Shown here one piece after another: positions 8,927 to 19,800 of a DNA stretch of 37,370 nt (positions are counted from its first letter, which is position 1; each line of letters opens with the position of its first letter). The stretch is from an uncultured Planctomycetia bacterium (GTDB lineage: Bacteria; Planctomycetota; UBA8742; SKZP01; CAYZQB01). The stretch is taken from positions 1 through 37,370 of the forward strand of contig CAYZQB010000007.1 of assembly GCA_964480395.1 (NCBI GenBank), read 5' to 3'. Made by a program: the position numbers and the translations under genes. Under the pieces are notes generated by a model, which was not told where the DNA came from, did no database searches, and worked only from the letters and a program-made list of their open reading frames with translations.

Positions 8927-10888
8927 ATGAAGAGAACTGCTATTCCCTCGGCGATATGCCTGATTCTAGTTGTCCTTTCAACAACCGCTTTTGCTCAGGG
9001 TAGTCCAGCTGACCCATTCTTTGAAGCGAGTTATGATTTCGGAGAAGTTAACGTAGGAGAAGTTGGGACACTTGATATTATTATGGAAAATGTCGGTGAT
9101 GAAGAACTCAAGGTTACCGAGTTAAATGCAACAGGCGCAAATGCTGATGAATTCACTGTCACTGAAGGCAATGTACCGTTTAATATTGCAGGCGGTGAAA
9201 CCCATAAAATCGTTGTAACGTTTACACCAACCGCTGAAGGTGCAAGAACGGCAACATGGGAATTTGTTAGTAATTCACCTTATTCACCGAATGCAACGAC
9301 ATTGTCCGGTACAGCGATAAAAATTCCAGAACCGACAAAACCAGGTGAATTTTCAACAACTGAAGACATTATAAATTTTGGTGAAGTTCTCATCGGTGAA
9401 CAGGTTGAAAAATCAATTGTTATCACGAATAAAGGCGATGATGACCTTGAAATTACAAAAGCAACAATCGCTGGTGTAAATGCAGGAGAATTCTCAATCG
9501 TTGAAGGTACCGCTCCATTTACGATTGCTGGAGGTATGACTCATGAAGTAAAATTCCTTTTCATACCTACTGATAAAGGAGAGAGAAAAGCTGAAATCGC
9601 TTTTGAACAGGCGAATAATCCGCTTCCGAACATCATTACACTTACAGGTATGTGTTCATTCAATCCACCTGTGATTGATATTGATGCTTTAGACCTTGAT
9701 TTCGGTTCGATTAGAATCGGTCAGATATCAGAAAGAACAATCACAATCCGCAATACTGGTGATGATGATTTGAATGTAACAGCAATTAATATCACTGGTG
9801 TTAATGCTGCAAACTTTGCTGTTGTTGTTGGAAAAGCACCATTCACCGTGAAGAAGAATGAGACACATGAAGTTACTTTTGAGTTTAGACCAACAGTTGC
9901 AGGCACAGCGAATGCACTGGCTGAGATTGTGAACGATTATACAGCAGAACCTGATTTTGTTTCACTCACTGGTATGGGTGAAGCGGTTATTATTGAACCA
10001 CCTGTTGACGATGATGTTGACGATGACGAACCTGGTCCAATAGAAACTCGACCGTCAGACTGGGATGCAGATTTCCGCAGAAATCTGCTTGCAGGTCCTC
10101 TTTCGTTTGCACACATGAATGGTTTGTATGCATTGTCGGGTTATGGCGCGATGGAATGGACAGCAGCGACACCTGCAAAGCATTTCTATACAACATTAAG
10201 CTTAAAAATCGCTACTTTCAATGAATATAACGAACAGCCGGATTTTGATGCTACACTGGCATTCCTTGAAATTATGGGCAGATTCGGAATCGTAGATAAT
10301 TTTGAAGCTGGCTTGAAAATACGACTCGGTGGTTGGAAGGGTACAATTCTCGTTCCCGGACTTCCATCAGATTCAGAAGGTACATTCGGGCTTGGTGATA
10401 TTTTCCTTTCAATGAAATATGCTGCGATCCAAAAAGGTGAATTGCCGATGGAACTCTCAGCACTGCTTACTTTCAAGCTTCCTGTCGGTTCACAGGAAGA
10501 TGCTCTTGGCACAGGTGGTTTTGATACAGCATTAAATATTCTTAGCTCATTTTATTTTACTGAAGGTGATAAACTTGCATTGCACCTGATGCTCGGGTTT
10601 ACATATGCTCTTGATGGTGACCAGATAGATACAAGTGCATTCCTATGGGGTTTCTTAGTCAACTTTGGAATGGGTGCAAGTTATGTTGTTATGGAATCGA
10701 ACGATATGTCAATGGCACTATTGTGGCAGCTCGAATTCTATGACCCGAACCTAAGTACAACTCTCGGTGGGCGCGCAGATATTAAAATGGGAAGTCTGCA
10801 TCTTATGCCTGAATTAGGTTTTACCCTCGGTCTGCATGAATTGTCCGCGGATATGGAGATCTACTTCTCAGTGGGTATTCCTTTCTAA
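8927..10888 (+). CDS. Secreted protein: three tandem Ig-like (choice-of-anchor-D/ASH-like) domains fused to a C-terminal outer-membrane beta-barrel-like domain
   Basis: Signal peptide MKRTAIPSAICLILVVLSTTAFAQG. Three ~100-aa repeats share the pattern FGxVxxGE..........N.GD(D/E)(D/E)L.(V/I)T.....G.NA.EF....G..PF.I..G.THE(V/I).(V/F).F.PT. These are followed by an acidic linker (DDDVDDDEPGP) and a ~270-aa domain with alternating hydrophobic strands, a GLGDIFLSMKY motif and a terminal Phe. ATG 8927 is preferred over 8918 because AGGAG at 8913-8917 is 9 nt from it. Confidence 0.75.
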   Translation: MKRTAIPSAICLILVVLSTTAFAQGSPADPFFEASYDFGEVNVGEVGTLDIIMENVGDEELKVTELNATGANADEFTVTEGNVPFNIAGGETHKIVVTFTPTAEGARTATWEFVSNSPYSPNATTLSGTAIKIPEPTKPGEFSTTEDIINFGEVLIGEQVEKSIVITNKGDDDLEITKATIAGVNAGEFSIVEGTAPFTIAGGMTHEVKFLFIPTDKGERKAEIAFEQANNPLPNIITLTGMCSFNPPVIDIDALDLDFGSIRIGQISERTITIRNTGDDDLNVTAINITGVNAANFAVVVGKAPFTVKKNETHEVTFEFRPTVAGTANALAEIVNDYTAEPDFVSLTGMGEAVIIEPPVDDDVDDDEPGPIETRPSDWDADFRRNLLAGPLSFAHMNGLYALSGYGAMEWTAATPAKHFYTTLSLKIATFNEYNEQPDFDATLAFLEIMGRFGIVDNFEAGLKIRLGGWKGTILVPGLPSDSEGTFGLGDIFLSMKYAAIQKGELPMELSALLTFKLPVGSQEDALGTGGFDTALNILSSFYFTEGDKLALHLMLGFTYALDGDQIDTSAFLWGFLVNFGMGASYVVMESNDMSMALLWQLEFYDPNLSTTLGGRADIKMGSLHLMPELGFTLGLHELSADMEIYFSVGIPF

Positions 10889-10905
10889 GAACTATGAAAT
10901 TTACA

Positions 10906-10932
10906 AACCCCGTGTAATAGCGGGGTTTTTTT
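10906..10932 (+). terminator. Rho-independent terminator
   Basis: AACCCCG (10906-10912) pairs with CGGGGTT (10921-10927) around an 8-nt loop, running into a T7 tract. Confidence 0.85.
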
Positions 10933-10977
10933 ATGGAATTTCACAAGTTTTAATGAAAATTGAAAAAGTGAGAAAGA

Positions 10978-11505
10978 TTATCTTACTTCTTTTCTCGGAC
11001 TTTTTCGGAAATTCCGTGAATAATTGATGTAATGCATTGCAGCATCAGCAATCATCTTTTGTTCTCGTTCATTTATCGGTCGAATCGCCTTTGCTGGCTG
11101 CCCCATTATCAGCATTCCGGGTTCGCAGGTGAATCTGGGTGCGACAATACTTCCAGCAGCAACGAAGCAATTTGTTGGAATTATCGCATCGTCAAGCACA
11201 ATGCTGCCCATGCCGATAAGGCATTTATCCTTCAACGTACAGCCATGCAAAGTTACGCTGTGTCCAACCGAGACATCATCGCCAATATTCGTCGGGTTTG
11301 TGTCGTGGGTAACGTGAATCATGCACATGTCCTGAATATTCGAGCGTTCGCCAATTTTTATGTACTGCACATCACCGCGAATCACGGTATTAAACCAAAC
11401 GCTTGAATCCTTGCCGATTTCGACGTCACCGATAATGCGCACCCCGTCTGTGATATACACAGATTCGTGAATGCGAGGGTATTTCCCTAAATATTCGTAT
11501 AACAT
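10978..11505 (-). CDS. Gamma-carbonic-anhydrase-like left-handed beta-helix (hexapeptide repeat) protein, YrdA/PaaY/CaiE family
   Basis: Typical family pattern: IRGDVQYIKIGERSNIQDMCMIHVTH...IGDDVSVGHSVTLHGCTLKDKCLIGMGSIVLDDAII; 175 aa. Confidence 0.85.
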   Translation of the reverse strand: MLYEYLGKYPRIHESVYITDGVRIIGDVEIGKDSSVWFNTVIRGDVQYIKIGERSNIQDMCMIHVTHDTNPTNIGDDVSVGHSVTLHGCTLKDKCLIGMGSIVLDDAIIPTNCFVAAGSIVAPRFTCEPGMLIMGQPAKAIRPINEREQKMIADAAMHYINYSRNFRKSPRKEVR

Positions 11506-11555
11506 GACTAACCTTGATGTTTTCAGACGAATACAGTTTACAATCTGTGATGGAA

Positions 11556-13184
11556 TTATTTCAAGTATGCTTTAATGAAATCGACGATTTCGAGGATAAT
11601 TTCAGGATTTTTCTCGAATTGATAACCCGCATGTGCGTTGCCTTTGACGGATTTAACCTTGATTTTACATTCGTCCGTTGCAGCATTTTTAAGCTTGTCG
11701 ATATTGTCAGCATAATCTTTTTCTTTGTCGCCATATGTGATGAGAATCCTGCGTTTGCCGACGTTTTTCATGTTGTCTATGTTGTCGATTTCCGCCCAGT
11801 CAATGCCCGGTGACATTAGCACCAGAGTGTTGAATGATTCATCTTCAACCGCTGACATTAGAACTACGCTGCACCCGATACTTCCTCCAATTAACCCCAC
11901 CTTATTCTTATCAATTTTGTATTTATCAATGAGGAATTTTTTCGCGGTAAGCACGTCTTTATAAATGATTTTGAACAATTCGGGACTGAATTTATTATAA
12001 AGCTCTTCATATTTCTCTTTGCCCGTGTTTCCCTTGGGACAGCCGCGGGTATCAATCGAAAGTACCGAATATCCAGCATCAGCAAGTTTAGGCATAATTT
12101 TGTGATAATCCTTACGCGAACCGGGATACATGTGAACGCATATAATTGCTTTATCAGAATCTGCCTTAATCATGTCGCCAGTTATTTTCAGCCCATCATC
12201 TGCATCAAACTCAATTGTATCAATCTTTGCAGAAGTTTCCTCTGTTTTATCTTTAATTTTTCCGAAGCTTTTGTATTTGTATGTAGTTTTGGTTTCGCAT
12301 CTGCTGGTTTCAGTGCTTTTACTTTCTTTGGAAGCAATTGTACGCATATGTTCAAGTTTGAATTGAATTGATAGTGGAACTCCATTTGTTAAATCGAATT
12401 CAATTTCACCCGTTCCTGAACCTTTTTCCTCGATGAATTCTTTTTCTAATTTTTCCTTTTTGTCAATGTCGAATTTAAGAGTTATCACAGCAGATGTGTA
12501 TTTGTTTTTTTCTTTAATACTACTGAGTGTGTAGGTAATAGCATCCTCAGCAATTCCGAGTTCCTGCCTTGGTAAAGGTGGATTTCCTTGCCAAGTATCA
12601 TTTACGTTGATGGGTTTTGTCGGTTCATCGAACAGTACAAGAGGGCGATCAAGCAGATACATTATGATGTTCTTTAGAGTGTCATCCTTTTTATCTGATG
12701 CTTTGTCGAGTATTGATTTCAGTCTTGAAGAATATTTATCGATTTCATTCATCTGATTCGGATTGCAGATTATGTATTGCCCCTTTAATTCAGATAAACC
12801 CTTGATGTATTTCGAATGTATTTCTTTGTCATCAACGTTGAACTGCAAACCTGAAAAACTCTTGAATTCGACTTTGAGTTTGGTTTCTCCTTGTTTTTCA
12901 GCAACAGTATATCGATATTTGGTTGTTCCTTCATATTTCGGCAGTTCTCTCTCAATTTCGCTTCCCATTGCGTTTTCACTACCTTCACGGTTTTCAAGTT
13001 CCTCTTTCCAGTCGTAGAAGATGTTGACCTCGCAGCATTCGTCGAATTTCAGACCGTCTTTCAATTCAAATGACAGATTGTACGGTGCTTTTGGAGTTTT
13101 AGGATTCTCGGGTGATTTACAGTCAATGTTTGCAGTTGCTAATATCAGGACAATCATAAAAGGGAACAACAATTCACATTTCAT
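11556..13184 (-). CDS. Secreted two-domain protein: unknown N-terminal domain plus C-terminal alpha/beta hydrolase (dienelactone hydrolase / S9-like)
   Basis: Signal peptide. The C-terminal ~210 aa has a nucleophile elbow GGSIGCS, then LVLMSPG, YGDKEKD and a GNAHAG His candidate. Confidence 0.7.
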   Translation of the reverse strand: MKCELLFPFMIVLILATANIDCKSPENPKTPKAPYNLSFELKDGLKFDECCEVNIFYDWKEELENREGSENAMGSEIERELPKYEGTTKYRYTVAEKQGETKLKVEFKSFSGLQFNVDDKEIHSKYIKGLSELKGQYIICNPNQMNEIDKYSSRLKSILDKASDKKDDTLKNIIMYLLDRPLVLFDEPTKPINVNDTWQGNPPLPRQELGIAEDAITYTLSSIKEKNKYTSAVITLKFDIDKKEKLEKEFIEEKGSGTGEIEFDLTNGVPLSIQFKLEHMRTIASKESKSTETSRCETKTTYKYKSFGKIKDKTEETSAKIDTIEFDADDGLKITGDMIKADSDKAIICVHMYPGSRKDYHKIMPKLADAGYSVLSIDTRGCPKGNTGKEKYEELYNKFSPELFKIIYKDVLTAKKFLIDKYKIDKNKVGLIGGSIGCSVVLMSAVEDESFNTLVLMSPGIDWAEIDNIDNMKNVGKRRILITYGDKEKDYADNIDKLKNAATDECKIKVKSVKGNAHAGYQFEKNPEIILEIVDFIKAYLK

Positions 13185-13198
13185 CTCAAACCTCCGTT

Positions 13199-13564
13199 TT
13201 ACAGAGTGAATTTACCGTTGCAATGCGGGCATTCATAAAGATTATATCCTTCATATACTTTAACTTCCTGAAAACAATGCGGACAAAAATATGCTGTAGA
13301 TTCTACATTCGCATATTCATCTGGTTTGTAATCTGAATTTTGTCTAAGTATTCTTATTGCTTTAATATCTTTTTTTGTACTTTTTCTACTACTGGAATAT
13401 GGAAGAACCGCTAATAAAAGAATTCCCAATATTTCTCCGAAAAAAGCAACCAAAAAACCAAAAAATCCACTGTATCCCTTACGTTCGGCGATACTTTTTC
13501 CCCAGAATCCAAGTAATATAAGAATTAAAAGATGTATGCTGAAAAATGGAAGAAATGCAAACAT
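13199..13564 (-). CDS. Small membrane protein with C-terminal zinc ribbon
   Basis: Two or three hydrophobic helices, then CPHC-x15-CPHC. It sits tightly between the cyclase and hydrolase genes on the same strand. Confidence 0.6.
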   Translation of the reverse strand: MFAFLPFFSIHLLILILLGFWGKSIAERKGYSGFFGFLVAFFGEILGILLLAVLPYSSSRKSTKKDIKAIRILRQNSDYKPDEYANVESTAYFCPHCFQEVKVYEGYNLYECPHCNGKFTL

Positions 13565-13625
13565 TCCAATCTCCTATGCTTTCTAATATTATACGATTTC
13601 AAGCAAATTTGGCTTAGATTAAAAA

Positions 13626-16280
13626 TTATTTATTTGTCTGAACATATGTGCCTGTCCATGTTGCGATTTCAGGCGGATTTTCGATGTAATAATTGCTGAG
13701 CTTGAGATATTTCAATGATGGTCCATCATCAGGAAAATCCTTCAATACGGTTTCGAAGAGTTTTTTTGCGTTTTGGAAATCACCTTCAAAATATTTCTGC
13801 AAACCCTGTGTGAAGGTTTCAATTTTGGTCATCTCAGCATCGTCAACATCGCCCGCCATTGCAACTAACTCAAAAAAACTGACAGGTTCTGTGCGTCCTT
13901 TGACCTGCACTTTACCCAGCGGTCGCACGACGATATGCTCCTTGGCAAGCTCGAAAGTTCGTTCGCCGATGATGATATTTGTCCCAAAATCCTTATTTAA
14001 CGGCTCAAATCGTGCTGCAAGATTGACCGGGTCTCCAATCAGCGTATAATTCTTGCGCAAACTTGAACCCATATTGGCGTGGATGATTTGACCCGTGTTA
14101 ATACCCATTCGGCAGTCGATTTCAGGATAACCTTGCTCAACCCATTCCTGACGCAGAATATGTAATCTTTTGCGTTGAATGATTGCGGATATGCAAGCTC
14201 TCGTTGCATGGTCAGATAAATTCATCGGAGCATTCCAAAACGCCATTACCGCATCACCAATGTATTTATCGAGTGTGCCGTCGTATTCAAGGATTATTTC
14301 GGTCATTGCTCCAAGGTATTTATTGAGAACTTCAACGATTTCCTCCGGCTGCATTTTTTCGGAAAATGTCGAAAAACCAGCGATATCGGAGAAGAAAACG
14401 CTGATTTCCTTTCTATCACCACCAAGTTTAATCATTGATGGGTCGCGTTTTAGCAGTTCAACGAATCGACGGTCAACATAATTCTTGAACATGCCATCAA
14501 TTTGCTTGCGCTGCTTATCAGTTGCAAAGAATTTTGTTACAGTCATAAAAATAAACGTTGATAAAAACGCAAATGCGGGATACACAACCGGATAGAAATG
14601 TGTGCTGTAAACAAATGCATAAGATGTAGCAAACCAATATCCCACCGCGGATAATATTATCAACGCCGCTGACCATAGCGGTGTCAGAAATATCGTCAAA
14701 AATGCTGCAAATAATACAACAACTACGATTATTATGAAATGCTCATTATCTGTGGAATAAGTAAACCCGTTTATCACCTTTGGATCATTGGAATTCATAA
14801 TCTCGAACAGATTCTGAATCATTGTCGCGTGGATTTCTACACCGTACATTCGTGCCTCAGCGTCGGATGCAGAGGTTATTGGAACGTTATACAAATCTTG
14901 CGAATCAAGCGTCCAGGGTCCGACAATTGCAACTTTTCGAGAGAGTGAATGCTGAAGACGGTCAAAAAACGCTTTATCTTCTGTTGACCACGTGTTTATA
15001 CCGATTGGGCTTACAGAATCTTCTGTATCAACAGGTTGGTTTGCTTTTATTTCTGCAATTGCAGCATCGACATCTGCCAAAAATTCTTCACGATATGTTT
15101 TAATGTTTTCTTGAATTTTCAACAATTCAGAATCAGTTGCGGATTTTTTTGATTCCTCAAGCTTGTTAATTTCATTGATGTATTCTTCTCGTTCAGCCAG
15201 AAGTTCCCGCAGCTCATTCGAAATTCCTGCTTCAAGAATTTCATGGAATTTACTGAATTTATCCTTGTATGTGTTGCATTTTGCATATTCAGGATATAGA
15301 AGGTTAAAGGCTTGAATCAGATCGTAGAAAGAAATTGTCGGAATTGTTCCCGGCTTACCGTAAAATTCAAGTGTTCGAGGTTCGGAAATGCCCGATTCCT
15401 TATCAACCACAAGCTGCGAATTAATAATCCTGTTTTCCGCAATACTTTTCTTTTTAGCAATAATTTCTTCGATTGCTTTTTCTGCATCGATATAATCTGG
15501 ATTAAAAACGGATAAATACGCAGCAAACGCTAACGAAGCACCATCCGAATGAACCAAGCTGTACTCTCTGACCGCTTTGTCCGTTGAAGACAAAACGACA
15601 TTAATGAATCCTTTTTTTGTATTCTTTCTGAATTCCTCAGTCGGTCCAAACGGAATTAACTCACTTCTTTCTGCTTTCGGGTTTATCTCGTATTTCCATC
15701 CAACAACAGTGTTAATATCGTTTTTCTTAGCCCTGAGAATCGCAGCATGCATATTGCTGTTTCCAAGCGGAAAGTGTTTTTGTCTTTCCTCAAAGAAGAG
15801 CTTGTCAAAAACGATAACGTCCACACCGAATTCTTGAAGCATGTAAATGACCTGTCCATATTCTTCAGGTGAAAACGGTGTACCGTCAAGCTTGTGAATC
15901 GATGTTTCATCCTGAGCTATGATGCACACATCGAAACAATTCACGAAATTTTCCGAATTTGGCACAGGAAGCTTGGCTTTGAATTTACTCAAGGCATTTC
16001 GTGGATATATCAGATTATTCATCCCTGAAAGTCGGCTACGCTGCCGATAATCACGGGTCCATTGCTCAAGACCCGGAAAAGGCTTCCAAAAAGCAATTGA
16101 TAGTGAGAAAAGTATGAGAAGAAGTGTGATTCCAATTGTCCATATATTTATCTTATATTTAATCTCGCGAATTATGGATTTCATCAATTTGTTAAGAATA
16201 TTCCGCTTCTGGCTCTGTTGTTCTTGAAGCTCTGTAACTGTTTTTATACTGTTTTTTGAATCACTTTGTATATTATTCAT
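13626..16280 (-). CDS. CHASE2 sensor-domain class III adenylate/guanylate cyclase
   Basis: An N-terminal TM helix and large extracytoplasmic region are followed by a cluster of TM helices. The cyclase catalytic core reads ISVFFSDIAGFSTFSE...GDAVMAFWNAP...RMGINTGQIIHANMGS...YTLIGDPVNLAARFE. There is a C-terminal TPR-like tail. Confidence 0.88.
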   Translation of the reverse strand: MNNIQSDSKNSIKTVTELQEQQSQKRNILNKLMKSIIREIKYKINIWTIGITLLLILFSLSIAFWKPFPGLEQWTRDYRQRSRLSGMNNLIYPRNALSKFKAKLPVPNSENFVNCFDVCIIAQDETSIHKLDGTPFSPEEYGQVIYMLQEFGVDVIVFDKLFFEERQKHFPLGNSNMHAAILRAKKNDINTVVGWKYEINPKAERSELIPFGPTEEFRKNTKKGFINVVLSSTDKAVREYSLVHSDGASLAFAAYLSVFNPDYIDAEKAIEEIIAKKKSIAENRIINSQLVVDKESGISEPRTLEFYGKPGTIPTISFYDLIQAFNLLYPEYAKCNTYKDKFSKFHEILEAGISNELRELLAEREEYINEINKLEESKKSATDSELLKIQENIKTYREEFLADVDAAIAEIKANQPVDTEDSVSPIGINTWSTEDKAFFDRLQHSLSRKVAIVGPWTLDSQDLYNVPITSASDAEARMYGVEIHATMIQNLFEIMNSNDPKVINGFTYSTDNEHFIIIVVVVLFAAFLTIFLTPLWSAALIILSAVGYWFATSYAFVYSTHFYPVVYPAFAFLSTFIFMTVTKFFATDKQRKQIDGMFKNYVDRRFVELLKRDPSMIKLGGDRKEISVFFSDIAGFSTFSEKMQPEEIVEVLNKYLGAMTEIILEYDGTLDKYIGDAVMAFWNAPMNLSDHATRACISAIIQRKRLHILRQEWVEQGYPEIDCRMGINTGQIIHANMGSSLRKNYTLIGDPVNLAARFEPLNKDFGTNIIIGERTFELAKEHIVVRPLGKVQVKGRTEPVSFFELVAMAGDVDDAEMTKIETFTQGLQKYFEGDFQNAKKLFETVLKDFPDDGPSLKYLKLSNYYIENPPEIATWTGTYVQTNK

Positions 16281-16482
16281 ATGAAAACCATAAATATTAA
16301 GAAAGCATTGAAATTTGCGAGTTTATTGCATATTTATCACAACTTTATCTTAAGAGAAAATTTTGATCCAGAATATGGTGATGCTATTTTTTTTAATGCA
16401 AAACCGGATAAATATATTAGAATTGTAAACTTTTCTGCTGAGAAATACAGAAGATTCATTTTAGGGAAACAGCAAGGATTGA

Positions 16483-16764
16483 ATGCCCAATACCTACGCA
16501 GCATACAAAATTATTATTATAAACAAGGCTGGATTTCATGTCAGACCGATAACTGCATTTGTTCAGACAGCAACGAAGTATAAATGCGATATTACGGTCA
16601 AATTTCATAATCAGACTATTAATGGTAAATCCGTGCTGGAGTGTACACTTTTAGCAGCAGCATCAGGTGCGGAATTATATGTTGAAGCTATTGGTGATGA
16701 TGCCGAAGAAGCGATTCGAGATATTGTGCAACTTGCGGAAAATAAGTTTGGTATTGAGGAATAA
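16483..16764 (+). CDS. ptsH: HPr-family phosphocarrier protein
   Basis: NKAGFHVRPIT holds the phospho-His context and INGKSVLECTLL the regulatory Ser context; VEAIGDDAEEAI is also present; 93 aa. Confidence 0.88.
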   Translation: MPNTYAAYKIIIINKAGFHVRPITAFVQTATKYKCDITVKFHNQTINGKSVLECTLLAAASGAELYVEAIGDDAEEAIRDIVQLAENKFGIEE

Positions 16765-16807
16765 CAGTCAATTATTGATATTTCAACAATATCTAAAATC
16801 GGGGAAA

Positions 16808-19800
16808 TTACTTGCCAAAGCAGGTTAACGAGTTCGATTCGACGTATAAATTGTCTTTGATCACCAAAACTTTAGGCATTCTTGTGTCCTGTTCCAATGG
16901 ATCATATTGCAGATATTGCAAAATTTCTCCACTCGCTTTATCGACAATGCACATCTTTGCGTTCCATTGCCTTGAATAAGAGCTCTGATTCGTATTAGTC
17001 ATCATTTTTTCGTGAACAGCAACAATGTATTTTTGCGTAATGAGAAGTTCGATGTTTTCACTCATTTCTCTTTTGAGTTCCAATAGTTGTTTCTGCCATA
17101 ATTGCTTTCCTGTAGAACTGTTATACGCTTCGATTATATACTTATTATCACGTGTTCTATAGAATGTGTACAATCGATCGTTATCAAGTACATAATCTGG
17201 ATACGAATACACATTTTTTAGCAGGATAACCCATTTTTGCTCAAATGTTTCAGGATCTAACCCAATATATCCGCTGTTTATAACGCCTGAGACATATATT
17301 TTATCATTTGCTTGTTGGCTGCTCCATGTTGCGTGATCCAGTGTTTTTACCTTCTTGATATTACCAGTTTTCAGGTCGTATATTCTTAACTGATTATTGC
17401 GCAGAAGCAATGTGATGTTATTGTCACCTGCCAATACGATATAATAATGCTTCAAACGTTGCGTCAGTGTGATTTCGTATTTCGGCACATCAGTGTTTTC
17501 GGTGTCGAAAGCGATAATTGATTCGGGATAACTGCTTGAGGGTTTATCAACGTAAAGCAAAAGTGTCTTATCGAAAAATTGTATGTCTTTTACAGAGTCA
17601 ATCCTGTTGAATCTATACTGAGTTATAATCCTGCCGTCATCAATATTACAAAAGAATACAGTATAAATTCTTTCACCGCTATTTTCGCTGATTTTTCCAC
17701 CAATCAACGCAATAATACCATCTCCTATCGCTGCCTGGTCAATAGAGTAGTTGAACATGCGTGTCCAGTTGGAATTACCGTTTGCGGGATTGATATTGTA
17801 TATACCAGATGTAGTTATTATTATTAATGTGTTGTTTATGTAAAACGATTTAACAGCAGTATTTTGCACATTGGCGGTCCAGCGTTCAATGCCATTTAAA
17901 GTATTAAGGCATTGAAGAAGTCCGAGACTGTGTATGACATATGTATTTTCGCTATATTTCTCAGGTATTGTGCCTTCGATAAGCAGAAGTTTCGGAAAAG
18001 TTTTATTGCTGAATGATTTCTGGAATCTTTGCTTGAGAGGTGGTTCTGCCAATCTCGGTATAATTTTATGTATTTTAAGACCTTTGAATTTCTCAAGGGC
18101 AAGCTGCTCTTTCACGAATTCATCAATTTCAATTTCCATTGTGCCATATTTGATTTTCTGACCCTTGAATTCTTTTGCAATGTCGAGAAGAAGATTGCGT
18201 GCAGAGAACAGTATCTCGTTATTTGTGTAAATGTAGTAGAGTCGAAGCATCAATTCAGCACGTTTGTCTGAAATCTTGAATTTAACCATAAATTCTTGAA
18301 TTATTATCATTGCATCGTGCAATTGTTCTTGGCGGATGTAGAGCATTGACAACTCATAATACGCTTTCTCACAAACCAAGCTGTTTGGATAACTGTCAAT
18401 AAGTGTCTCAAGTGTTTCACTTGAAGCTGTTGAAACTCCAGATTTAAGTAGTATTTCGGCTTTTGCATCCCATGTTTCAAAGATTTTACGCGTATTTTCG
18501 GAGATTAATTTATCTATTCTCTCAATAGAATAATCGTAGAGTGATTTACCAAGGTAGTTGATATCAGGTTTATACAGTATAATCTTCTGCCAGTAATTGA
18601 CTGCTTTCAGTGGATTATTAATTTGTTCCGCAAACAATGCGCCTTCAAGTGCAGTGTAAATCTTGACCGACATCTCACCTGAAGGAAAATCGTGGACATA
18701 ATCTGGATATTTCGACATCAGATCATCTAAAAGCCGGAAAACATCATCTCTTTTTAATTTTGCATTTGGGGAAGCTGCAAGTTTTTGTGTTGATTTTATA
18801 TCAATCAGCATAATCCTGATGTATTCGTCCTTTGTTTGTGAATATTGCTTTGCAATGCTGATATATGCGGTTAATTCCCTTAACTTACCCTCAAGATAAA
18901 GTTCCTGAGCCCGTTCATAATATATGCTGAAAAGGGTTCTATTCGACTGAATAACAATTTGGTTGAAGGTACTTTTCTTGTTTTTTTCGTATTCAGCCAA
19001 AATCTTTTTGAAATACACAATCGCATCGTCGGTTTTATTGTTTTCAAGAAGCAGCATGCCTATACGATATTTAATTTCCAGGTCATTCGGGAATGTTCTC
19101 TCGAGGTTAATTAATAGGTCAAACAAATCCTTTCGATCGTAAGCAACTGCGATATTGCTTGAATTAACAGCAATAAGCGTGTTTTCAGCACTAATTAAGT
19201 TGCCACCCATACTCGAAATTTCGATAATCGACGCTGAATAGTCGTTATTTCCGCTAACTTTCACGACTTTCATTATATTCAAGTCGACATGTAGAATTGA
19301 TGTTCGGGTGGGAATCAAGCACAGATTCCCCATGATTACTGGTTTCCCTGATGCCTTGTAGTCATTAATGCGTGATTCTTCGTATAAATCAAGCGCATTT
19401 GTAAGCTTCCCTGACTCAATATCAACAGTAAACAAGTATTTTGATCCACCGAAAAGCACTTTGTCATTATAGACACCAATTAAATATCTGCTGCTTGAAT
19501 CATAAGGATTGTATCGATAATTCCAGAGAAGTTTTCCACTTTCGATGTCATAGCAGTAAACTTTGGATGAATCAAGAGGAGTAACGACAACTTTGCCCTT
19601 GTAAATGATTGGTGGTCGGTTGAACCATGTCAAACGTCTGAAATTCGGAGTATAGGATTTCGTCGAAATGTATGGAATTTTCTCGTAAGGCTGAGCCCAA
19701 ATTCTTTCACCAGTATCAGCATCAAATGCACTTATCAGATCGACATTTGTGCAGGCGATAATCTTGTTGTCCATGTATGCCAAACCTTGAGGAATTGGCT

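Noticed and set aside
16266-16583. 105-aa ORF overlapping the start of the HPr gene
   Set aside because: It overlaps the well-supported ptsH reading frame by about 100 nt in another frame and has no recognisable features. The region is more likely the cyclase/ptsH divergent promoter region.
19112-19123. Additional partial matches to the conserved element inside coding regions: AATAGGTCAAA at 19113, TCCTATTGCT at about 20275, and TAGGTCGATTTTGTT at about 31091
   Set aside because: These are half-sites only, without the partner arm at the conserved spacing, and they lie inside genes. Roughly one chance hit per 8-mer is expected in this much sequence.
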